A model generated the notes under the pieces. The model was given only the letters and a program-made list of their open reading frames with translations, made no database searches and was not told the DNA's origin. This document shows positions 56,787 through 64,000 of a DNA stretch of 64,000 nucleotides, piece by piece. The first letter of the stretch is position 1. The number at the start of each line of letters is the position of its first letter. The stretch comes from an uncultured virus (IMG/VR IMGVR_UViG_3300020213_000017) (taxonomy: Duplodnaviria > Heunggongvirae > Uroviricota > Caudoviricetes): IMG/VR virus record IMGVR_UViG_3300020213_000017, one strand, 5' to 3'. The translations under genes and the position numbers were made by a program.

Positions 56787-57365
56787 ATGAAACAATTCAC
56801 ACTAGAAGACTTGCGCGCACTAAAGCCTTGTCACGATCCGGTCAAATATTTGCCGGAAAACTGGACCGGTAACGCGCTGGATATTTTAAATGTAAAAGAA
56901 TGTCCTTTTCCTGACCGGCTCTGGCTCTTAATGCACCAGGAGTTTTTCTCTGAGAAGTTTATGCGCCTTTATGCAGTAGGGTGCGCGAGACAAGTGCAGC
57001 ATCTAATGCATGACGAACGAAGTATAAAGGCGCTTGACGTAGCAGAAGCCTACGCAAATGGAAACGCAACTAATGCCGAATTGGATGCTGCGAGGGATTC
57101 TGCGAGGGCTGCTTTGTGGAATACTGCGATGAAGGTGAGTTCTGCGGTGTGGGATGCTGAGTTTGCTGCTGCGAGGGCTGCCGTGTGGGCTGTTGTGTGG
57201 GTTGCGAGTGATATTCGTGCTGCTGCGAATGATGCTGCGAGGGCTGCCGCGAGGATTGTTGCGAGTGATATTCGTGGTGCTGCGTGGGATTCTGCGTGGG
57301 ACGCACAAGAGATCAAGTTACGCGAAATGATTATAACTGGAATCGAAACGAAGGACGTGCGATGA
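56787..57365 (+). CDS. Phage protein with AAW/AAR low-complexity repeats
   Basis: RLYAV.CARQV.HL..DERS..ALDVAE.YANG.AT..EL.AA followed by Ala-rich repeats. Confidence 0.75.
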   Translation: MKQFTLEDLRALKPCHDPVKYLPENWTGNALDILNVKECPFPDRLWLLMHQEFFSEKFMRLYAVGCARQVQHLMHDERSIKALDVAEAYANGNATNAELDAARDSARAALWNTAMKVSSAVWDAEFAAARAAVWAVVWVASDIRAAANDAARAAARIVASDIRGAAWDSAWDAQEIKLREMIITGIETKDVR

Positions 57366-57676
57366 AAAAATCAGAACTTGACGGTATATGTATGGGAATA
57401 GCAGTAGTAACCGTAGTGGCAGCGGGTATGGCGTGGGGCGCTGCGTGGGTGGCGCATAAAGAGGTGAGAGAATGGGAAAGGGCGGCGGTGATAGATAAAG
57501 CTAAGTGGAAGGAAATGTGCAATGAAAAAGCTGGAGATAAAAACATTCAAGCACGCGACGTAATAGCAGCGGCAAAGGCGTGGGGCGCTGCGAGAGATGC
57601 CGCTAAGGCTGCTCGTGATGCTGCTTTGGTAAAAGCGTTGGATAGGGCTTTGAAGGGGAAAAATGAACACTTCTAA
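57362..57676 (+). CDS. Hypothetical Ala-rich protein
   Basis: ATGA coupling; AAW/AARDAA motifs. Confidence 0.55.
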   Translation: MKKSELDGICMGIAVVTVVAAGMAWGAAWVAHKEVREWERAAVIDKAKWKEMCNEKAGDKNIQARDVIAAAKAWGAARDAAKAARDAALVKALDRALKGKNEHF

Positions 57677-57911
57677 GACTAATGAGGCGACAAGCGTAAA
57701 AGTACGATTGAATAAAAATGATACATGGCGAATCCATCTTGAGACAGAGCAAGAGTTAAAAGATTGCTACTATTTTAATGAAGAAGATATCGCGGAATGC
57801 TGCATCGAAGTCAGTCAGGAATTGATAGAAAATTACAATAGGGCAGAGGAGGAATTTAAGAAACTGCAAGATGTTTTGTGGGCAATGTATGAGAAAAAGA
57901 ACAAGTATTAA
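57663..57911 (+). CDS. Hypothetical acidic protein
   Basis: AAGGGG SD. Confidence 0.6.
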   Translation: MNTSKTNEATSVKVRLNKNDTWRIHLETEQELKDCYYFNEEDIAECCIEVSQELIENYNRAEEEFKKLQDVLWAMYEKKNKY

Positions 57912-57945
57912 AAGTAATTCTTAACAATTAATTAAAGGGAAATAT

Positions 57946-58617
57946 ATGAAACTAATCTATGTAGCAATTGCAATTTGGGCCAGTATCGCGTTTACAGGAT
58001 GTGGCAAAAGAACTAAAACCGTAGTGGTAAAAGACACGGTAACAGTAACCGAACCTTGTGAAAATGTACAAAACCTTGTGGATGTGGAAAATAAATACCG
58101 ATTAAGCCAAGGGAAAAATGCGCTATCTTCTGGACTTAGCTGTTCTGTAAGGGAAGTTGCTAGCGGACAATGGCTGTCTAGTTCTAGCCCTGGATACAAT
58201 GCTGGGCAGGGTGTATTGGTATTGACTGGTACTAAGTATGCCTTTCTTAACAAAAGTGGATTTAATCAACCTAGCGTAGCAGGAGGACAACCCAATAACA
58301 TTTTGCCCACGTCTATTCAATCGCTGTTCCTTAACAAAAACTATAAAATCACTTGCACTGGCTTTATTGTTATTGAGCGTGATGGCCATACAGGCTTTAG
58401 CATGGCAAGTGATGATGGTTCTATCCTTAGTGTTGATGGTACTAAACTGATCAACAATGATGGCAACCATGGCATTGTAACCAAAAGTGGGTCGAAGAGT
58501 ATGCGAAGAGGCGTAAAAAAATTCAGCATAGCCTATGCTCAAAGTGGTCATGGGCCTTTTGCTCTAATCCTAAACATGGATGGAAATATTGCGCCTGGTG
58601 CCTTGTTTTATCACTAA
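57946..58617 (+). CDS. Lipoprotein with PA14-like domain
   Basis: FTGC lipobox; ASDDGS.L.VDG..LINNDG.HG PA14 signature. Confidence 0.75.
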   Translation: MKLIYVAIAIWASIAFTGCGKRTKTVVVKDTVTVTEPCENVQNLVDVENKYRLSQGKNALSSGLSCSVREVASGQWLSSSSPGYNAGQGVLVLTGTKYAFLNKSGFNQPSVAGGQPNNILPTSIQSLFLNKNYKITCTGFIVIERDGHTGFSMASDDGSILSVDGTKLINNDGNHGIVTKSGSKSMRRGVKKFSIAYAQSGHGPFALILNMDGNIAPGALFYH

Positions 58618-58645
58618 TCAAATACAATACTTAGGAGTGAATTTT

Positions 58646-58951
58646 ATGAAAAAGTGGAATGATTTAACTAGCGATCAACAGATACAAGCTGTAAAGCGTA
58701 ACTTAAAGAATGCAGTGCTGAATTTGATTGATGGCAATCTAAAGCTTGACGGCAAGCGGCAAGCAGTGCTTGATAGTATGGTTGAGCATTCCACTTCAAT
58801 TGAATCTGCTACTAAGCGCATTATGCTTAGTCCTATAGGTAAAGAGCTACGATCCATGGCTACCATAGCCTCTGAGGATGCAATTTACAATGAGTTTGGA
58901 ATGCAAATAACAGAAGATAGCTTTGATGAAAACTTCCCTATGTTCGTATAG
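58646..58951 (+). CDS. Hypothetical protein
   Basis: AGGAG SD before MKKW. Confidence 0.6.
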   Translation: MKKWNDLTSDQQIQAVKRNLKNAVLNLIDGNLKLDGKRQAVLDSMVEHSTSIESATKRIMLSPIGKELRSMATIASEDAIYNEFGMQITEDSFDENFPMFV

Positions 58952-58969
58952 CAAAGGCCAAGAAATAGG

Positions 58970-59050
58970 CGATTGATCAAAAGATACTCGATTTAAAAAC
59001 AGGCCCTCTTAATGAAATTAAGTAGTTGAGAGTGGCACTAATCCTGCAAT
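58970..59050 (+). promoter_or_regulatory. Sigma54-type promoter copy 9 (most diverged)
   Basis: TGGCACTAATCCTGCA with GG 59034-5 / GC 59046-7; IHF-like AATTAAGTAGTTG; degenerate TGATCAAAA upstream. Confidence 0.6.
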
Positions 59051-59059
59051 ACTCCATAT

Positions 59060-59398
59060 ATGAGAGAAAACAATATGAAAAAACCTAAACATGGCGGCTA
59101 CCCCGAGCCAATAAGGAAAGAGGCGGCGCGGGAGGCATGGGCGGAAAAGGCGGCGAGGGATGCGCTTTCTATTAGTGAGCGGCTACAAAGCCTTCAGAAA
59201 AATATCACAACGGATAGGGGCATCTTGCAGAAAATGATGCACAGTTATGGATGCGATGCTTTCCTAAGATTGACGGTACAGGCAATGCAGGATGCATCCG
59301 AAGATATGGAAAGCATCCATAGAAAGAGTTCTGAATCGTACTTGTCACGGGCTAGTCAGGTTGACGAAATGTTAGAAACAGACTTGGACGAATCATGA
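59060..59398 (+). CDS. Hypothetical protein
   Basis: Follows promoter copy 9. Confidence 0.6.
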   Translation: MRENNMKKPKHGGYPEPIRKEAAREAWAEKAARDALSISERLQSLQKNITTDRGILQKMMHSYGCDAFLRLTVQAMQDASEDMESIHRKSSESYLSRASQVDEMLETDLDES

Positions 59399-59426
59399 AG
59401 CGAATGTATATTGACAATACGTCTAT

Positions 59427-60068
59427 GTGGGATGTAAAACATTTGGTTGTAGAAAAGGGTCGGAAATGATAAATTACAAAAGCAAGACTCATAGACTGAC
59501 TGCTAAAAACGATGCTTTGATTCGGGCGGTACTGGCAGATGAGCGTTTTACCGTGACTGAAAGCGGTGAAGTTTTTACGAGAGCCAATACAAACGGCATC
59601 AGTCTGTTGCCCAATGGGGAGGTTCGTAATTGTGACATAGCAAATGGTGATGGCTATAGGGTTCTCAATCTGCGCATCCAAAAGAAAGGTCGTAGCACAC
59701 GCAAAAAGCTACGAGTTCACCGCATGGTTTTTCAGAAGTTTGTGGGAGAGTTGGATTGCAAAATGGTTGTAAATCATAAGGATGGCAATAAAGCCAACAA
59801 TCACAGGGACAATCTTGAGCAGATCGAATGTAAAGAAAACACTTTGCACGCCATTAATGAACTAGGCCATAGCCCTATTCGTAACGCAGTATTGACCTTT
59901 GCGATTGCGGAAGATATCAGAGCATTAAGCAAAGATGGTATACCTTATAGTAGGATTTCTCAAATGTATGGTATTTCAAAAGGCCATATTTCTGAGATTG
60001 TGAATTATAAGATTTGGAATGAAAGAGCGCGTTATGAAGCCGAACAAAGCACGCCGATACCTTTTTAA
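59427..60068 (+). CDS. HNH homing endonuclease-like protein with C-terminal HTH
   Basis: VHR.V...F...VNHKDGNKANN...NLE.....N..HA, followed by an HTH (ISQMYGISKGHISEI). Confidence 0.85.
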   Translation: MGCKTFGCRKGSEMINYKSKTHRLTAKNDALIRAVLADERFTVTESGEVFTRANTNGISLLPNGEVRNCDIANGDGYRVLNLRIQKKGRSTRKKLRVHRMVFQKFVGELDCKMVVNHKDGNKANNHRDNLEQIECKENTLHAINELGHSPIRNAVLTFAIAEDIRALSKDGIPYSRISQMYGISKGHISEIVNYKIWNERARYEAEQSTPIPF

Positions 60069-60354
60069 GCTTTTTCTGTGCCTGGCTATGATAGGAGTGT
60101 TTTTTCTGATAATATGGTGGACAGTAATTGGTGGCATTGTAATGGCCTACCTGGATTTTAAAAAAGGGGAATAGTATGTTAAAAAAGATAAAAGTAAAAG
60201 TGGTTTTGAGGCTGGAAGTTAAAACTGATTCCGATGATAAGGAAATGATGGATCGTGATGTTCTAGAAGCTGCTAAAGAAGAGCTTGAAGCCCTGGATGA
60301 CGAACCTGAAAGCCTTGACTACGAAATGGAAGAAGAAGCTGACGAGGAATATTA

Positions 60355-60546
60355 ATGGAAAACTCAATTTTTAATTTTAGACACAAAGGCGCTTTAACAA
60401 CCATAACTGTAGATTTTACGGCAAAAGATGTGGTTATTGTACAAACGTCTTTTGGTGGGAGCAAGAGTGATGCCATCACCATTGCCCTAGATCAGTTAAT
60501 TAAAATTGCTGATGAAGCAAACGAACAAAGGGCGAGAAATGGCTAA
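60355..60546 (+). CDS. Hypothetical protein
   Basis: GAGGA SD. Confidence 0.55.
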   Translation: MENSIFNFRHKGALTTITVDFTAKDVVIVQTSFGGSKSDAITIALDQLIKIADEANEQRARNG

Positions 60547-60832
60547 GAAAGCAATGTTGCTAAATGGAGAGGCCGTATCCTTTAAAAAAGCTTTTGCAGC
60601 AGCAGATTCTCGAAAGCGTTTTTTCTTGATTGATGGCAAGCTTATCCAGTGTTTGACTAATTATGCTGGCAATGAAAACTACTGCGCTCACGTATTCGAC
60701 AAGGCCACTACGGTGCTTGGTCCTATGCGCTTTGAAAGAGCGAAAAAACTAGCCTTGAAAGATGCCTATGGTTTGGTTGACCGCATAAGCAAATTGACCT
60801 TAAACAGTTATTCAAAGTACAAAAAGGAATAG
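60506..60832 (+). CDS. Hypothetical protein (start probably MAKK)
   Basis: Co-oriented ORF. Confidence 0.55.
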   Translation: MLMKQTNKGREMAKKAMLLNGEAVSFKKAFAAADSRKRFFLIDGKLIQCLTNYAGNENYCAHVFDKATTVLGPMRFERAKKLALKDAYGLVDRISKLTLNSYSKYKKE

Positions 60833-61018
60833 ATGAGCAGAGCACGATTGAATAAAAATATACGCCGCAAAGGTGCCTTTGAACGCAGACAGGCCAGCAT
60901 GGCTGACTGTAAAGACAAGATAGGGCAATTTGAAGGGCTTTATAAAGAGATATGTATGGAAAGACAAGCCAAGGCAAATTCAGATGTCAAAAACCTAAAA
61001 GCGAAAGTGAGTAACTAA
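60833..61018 (+). CDS. Hypothetical basic protein
   Basis: Abuts the upstream stop. Confidence 0.55.
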   Translation: MSRARLNKNIRRKGAFERRQASMADCKDKIGQFEGLYKEICMERQAKANSDVKNLKAKVSN

Positions 61019-61211
61019 TGAAAACCGTAATGTTCAAGATGATTCTTCCTAATGGTACCGAACTAGCCGTAGTACGCGAGAATGGCATTTACAATGTGCA
61101 AGTTGATGGGCATACCTTCTTCTCTCATACTGTTTACGAAAAAGCCCGAGAAGTGTTGATTGCATAAGCTATTGCTCTTAACATGCCTTGGTAAAATTTT
61201 AATAGGTGACT

Positions 61212-61454
61212 ATGGAAAAGCAAATTTTAGATAACATCCTTAAACTACACGCTATATTTTTAAAAGGTGGAGAAAGTGGGGAAAGGGCAAACCTGTCTGG
61301 GGTTGACCTGACTGGGGCTGACCTGACTTTAGCAAACCTTTCTGGGGCTTACCTGGCTGGGGCAAACCTGGCTTGGGCAAACCTGTCTAAGGCTGACCTG
61401 TCTGGGGTTGACCTGACTGGGGCAAACCTGACTGATACTATTTTTGGCCGATAA
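61212..61454 (+). CDS. Pentapeptide repeat protein 5 (11 pentads; extra T in the C-cap)
   Basis: Ends TIFGR instead of TILADK. Confidence 0.88.
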   Translation: MEKQILDNILKLHAIFLKGGESGERANLSGVDLTGADLTLANLSGAYLAGANLAWANLSKADLSGVDLTGANLTDTIFGR

Positions 61455-61467
61455 AAAAATTTAAGAG

Positions 61468-62055
61468 ATGAATATGGAAAAGCAAATTTTAGATAACATC
61501 CTTAAGCTACATGCTATGTTTTTAAAAGGTGAAGAAGGTGGGGAAAGGGCAAACCTGTCTGGGGCAAACCTGTCTTTGGCAAACCTGTCTTTAGCAAACC
61601 TGTCTTTAGCAAACCTGTCTAGGGCAAACCTTTACGGGGCAAGCCTTTACAGGGCAAACCTTCGCGGGGCAAACCTGATTAGGACTTTCCTGTCTGGGGT
61701 TGACCTGTCTGGGGCAAACCTGTCTGGGGCCTACCTGTCTGGGGCTGACCTGTCTGAGGCAAACCTGACTAAGGCTGACCTGTTCAGGACTGTCCTGTCT
61801 GGGGCCTTCCTGGCTTTGGCAAACCTGTCTCAGGCAAACCTGGCTTGGGCTGACCTTTACGGGGCAAACCTGACCGGGGCAAACCTGACTGGGGCTGACC
61901 TTCGCGGGGCAAACCTGTCTGGGGCTGACCTGACTTTAGCAAACCTTTCTGGGGCTTTCCTGTCTGGGGCAAACCTTTCTGGGGCTGACCTGTCTGGGGT
62001 TGACCTGACTAGGGTTGACCTGACTAGTACTATTTTAGCCGATAAGAAAATTTAA
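61468..62055 (+). CDS. Pentapeptide repeat protein 6 (33 pentads)
   Basis: Same caps and repeat units. Confidence 0.92.
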   Translation: MNMEKQILDNILKLHAMFLKGEEGGERANLSGANLSLANLSLANLSLANLSRANLYGASLYRANLRGANLIRTFLSGVDLSGANLSGAYLSGADLSEANLTKADLFRTVLSGAFLALANLSQANLAWADLYGANLTGANLTGADLRGANLSGADLTLANLSGAFLSGANLSGADLSGVDLTRVDLTSTILADKKI

Positions 62056-62058
62056 GAG

Positions 62059-62586
62059 ATGAATATGGATAAGCAAATTTTAGATAATATCCTTAAACTA
62101 CATGTTATGTTTTTAAAAGGTGAAGAAGGTGGGGAAAAGGCTGACCTGATTGGGGCTGACCTGTCTGGGGCTGACCTGTCTGGGGCAAGCCTGTCTGGGG
62201 CAAACCTGACTAGGGCTGACCTGATTGGGGCTGACCTGTTCAGGGCAAACCTGATTGTGGCAAACCTACGCGGAGCAAACCTGTCTGGAGCAAACCTGTC
62301 TGGAGCAAACCTGTCTGGGGCAAACCTGTTTGGGGCAATCCTGTATTGGGTAAACCTGTCTGGGGTTGACCTGTCTAAGGCAAACCTGACTAGGGCAAAC
62401 CTGTATTGGGTAAACCTGTTTCAGGCTGACCTGTCTCAGGCTGACCTGTTCGAGGCAAACCTGACTTGGGTTGACCTGACCAAGGCAAACCTGTTTGGGG
62501 CAAACCTGATTAGGGCAAACCTGACTGGGGCTGACCTGACTGGGGCAATCCTGACTGATACTATTTTGGCCGATAAAAAAATTTAA
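62059..62586 (+). CDS. Pentapeptide repeat protein 7 (29 pentads)
   Basis: Same caps and repeat units. Confidence 0.92.
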   Translation: MNMDKQILDNILKLHVMFLKGEEGGEKADLIGADLSGADLSGASLSGANLTRADLIGADLFRANLIVANLRGANLSGANLSGANLSGANLFGAILYWVNLSGVDLSKANLTRANLYWVNLFQADLSQADLFEANLTWVDLTKANLFGANLIRANLTGADLTGAILTDTILADKKI

Positions 62587-62595
62587 GGAGCGAAT

Positions 62596-63135
62596 ATGGA
62601 CTATAGAATTAGGATACAAATGAAATCTGGACAGGGTGAAGCTGTGGCAAACGTCTATCGCAAGCATATTGGTAGATCTGGTAATATATGGCTGGAGAAG
62701 GTCGGTAAATTTGCTGCTGACAACATATACGTATCTGGTGATCCTAACAGCAAAGGTTTTGGCGGTTCCCTGTTGAGCTTTCAGCTTGATGATGGCTCAA
62801 CGATTGATCTTAAAGGCCCCTGGCATTCCAATGCTAACGATATGTTCAAAGATACAGAAGTAGATTTGCGCAACACCTACTCTAGCCGTGTGATTATTTC
62901 TAAGTCAATGATCTATGAGGATGTCTATATGTCTGGGAAAGTGTTCAAGGATGTTCTTTATCTTGAGGAAGAGTTTACCGAAGGATCTTTTGATCGTGCC
63001 GAAACGCGTGCTAAAGCTCAAAAGATGGCCAATGAATTGGGTCAAACACTTTATTACTTTAAAGAGAGTGGCGGTGGATCAGTCGGCGAGTATATTAAGC
63101 CTGAAACCAAAAGTGAATTGCCGGAGGCGGCATGA
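62596..63135 (+). CDS. Conserved hypothetical protein
   Basis: AAGGAG SD; GFGG...F...DG....LKGPWHSN. Confidence 0.75.
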   Translation: MDYRIRIQMKSGQGEAVANVYRKHIGRSGNIWLEKVGKFAADNIYVSGDPNSKGFGGSLLSFQLDDGSTIDLKGPWHSNANDMFKDTEVDLRNTYSSRVIISKSMIYEDVYMSGKVFKDVLYLEEEFTEGSFDRAETRAKAQKMANELGQTLYYFKESGGGSVGEYIKPETKSELPEAA

Positions 63136-63482
63136 AAAATCACGGAGAATTCCTTAAGAGTTTAAACAAAGGCAACAAAGTTGCCATCTCCAACAGAGGT
63201 GATTGGACGATTGGTATTGTAGAAAAGATCACCCCCACTGGCAAAATTGTAGTAGCCAATATCAACGGATACGAAACCACTTTTGACAAGCATGGTTATG
63301 GGTCTCTTGGTCGAATTGAACCTCTCACAAAAGAGATGATAGAAGAAAGAATGCGCTTAAAGCTTGTCAATGAAATTAAAAATTTTGATTTCAAAAGACT
63401 TCTTCTTGATCAGGCATTGGCCGTAAACGAATTGCTTAACCATTTTGAACAGTTCAATACGAATCTATCAACAGATCCCTAA
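63132..63482 (+). CDS. Hypothetical protein (SH3/KOW-like beta barrel)
   Basis: L.KG.KVAI...VEKITPTGKIVV...FD..G pattern; GGAGG SD. Confidence 0.65.
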   Translation: MKNHGEFLKSLNKGNKVAISNRGDWTIGIVEKITPTGKIVVANINGYETTFDKHGYGSLGRIEPLTKEMIEERMRLKLVNEIKNFDFKRLLLDQALAVNELLNHFEQFNTNLSTDP

Positions 63483-63507
63483 AGTAGGAGCTTGGAAGGA
63501 AAACTAG

Positions 63508-63717
63508 ATGAGCAAAAAGAAAAAGAGACTTGGCGATACCTTGTTAAGCCTGGAAACGGTGCTGGATGAACTCGTGGACGATCATGACTGTCAATGGGGT
63601 GACATCTTTAACCTTGTCAGGGGCCACCTAGAGATTCACAGACCTGATGCTCAAGAAGAATATCTTGACGGATCGCATCCAGTATTTTATTATGGAGCCA
63701 AAAAGAAATTGGGATAA
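63508..63717 (+). CDS. Hypothetical protein
   Basis: GGAAGG SD. Confidence 0.6.
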   Translation: MSKKKKRLGDTLLSLETVLDELVDDHDCQWGDIFNLVRGHLEIHRPDAQEEYLDGSHPVFYYGAKKKLG

Positions 63718-63747
63718 AGCGCTACGCAATCAGTAATCCAAGGGCTG

Positions 63748-64000
63748 TTAGCGTTCATTTTCGTCATCGCCAAGGTGCGAAAGGTCAATACTGCCAGACT
63801 TGGGTTGATCAACTTCCTGCTGAACAACTTTTTCAGCCTTCTTTTTAACCTTGCTGATCTTATGGCCCTTGCGAAAGATTGAGCTAAGAGGCAAACCTTT
63901 GGATTTGCGATCTTCTTCTTCGGCCTCGGCTTGAGCAATAAAATTTTTCAAATCCTTCTCAGTATCAGCATCGTATTCAGGATCTTCTAGATGTTTGAGC
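63748..64000 (-). CDS. 3' end of a minus-strand gene entering from outside the window
   Basis: Frame is open from the window end (LKHLEDPEYDADTEKDLKNFIAQ...) to TAA at 63748. Confidence 0.65.
   Translation of the reverse strand, partial: LKHLEDPEYDADTEKDLKNFIAQAEAEEEDRKSKGLPLSSIFRKGHKISKVKKKAEKVVQQEVDQPKSGSIDLSHLGDDENER

Noticed and set aside
45906..59050. Integron attC array or IS/MITE family for the dispersed repeat
   Set aside because: No long terminal inverted repeats, target duplications, integrase or transposase seen; the conserved parts match promoter elements.
48598..62586. Complete diversity-generating retroelement
   Set aside because: No reverse transcriptase, Avd or TR/VR pair is recognisable in the window; kept only as a speculative note on codon pattern.
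52878..62667. Repetitive minus-strand ORFs (RFAP, QVCP, GLP repeats)
   Set aside because: Antisense frames of the pentapeptide and Ala-rich repeats.
1..64000. tRNA, rRNA, introns or inteins
   Set aside because: None recognised by eye; a tRNAscan/Infernal run would be needed to exclude them.

Overview
This window is part of a large contractile-tailed (myovirus-like) dsDNA bacteriophage genome with three zones. (1) 1-32.2 kb is a minus-strand virion module: tape measure, baseplate hub/spike/wedge including a 2181-aa wedge protein, a tail-tube-like protein, fibres and two Kelch-repeat paralogs. A few opposite-strand genes interrupt it (SLT lytic transglycosylase, metallophosphoesterase, HExxH lipoprotein). 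(2) 32.4-45.5 kb holds nucleotide-metabolism and accessory genes: dUTPase, ThyX, a frameshifted class II RNR, Rnl2- and Rnl1-type RNA ligases, peptide deformylase, an Rrf2 regulator, a histidine phosphatase, an HNH nuclease and several decayed genes. (3) 46-63.7 kb is a plus-strand early-type region of small genes. It is punctuated by about nine copies of a ~100-130 bp regulatory cassette with the layout of a sigma54 promoter (17-bp upstream site, IHF-like site, GG-N10-GC, SD). It also carries seven pentapeptide-repeat paralogs built from a small, reordered vocabulary of 15-nt modules between fixed caps, an Ocr-like gene, a 4x tandem array of the upstream site and a candidate structured RNA. 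All calls come from reading motifs by eye; no searches were run.
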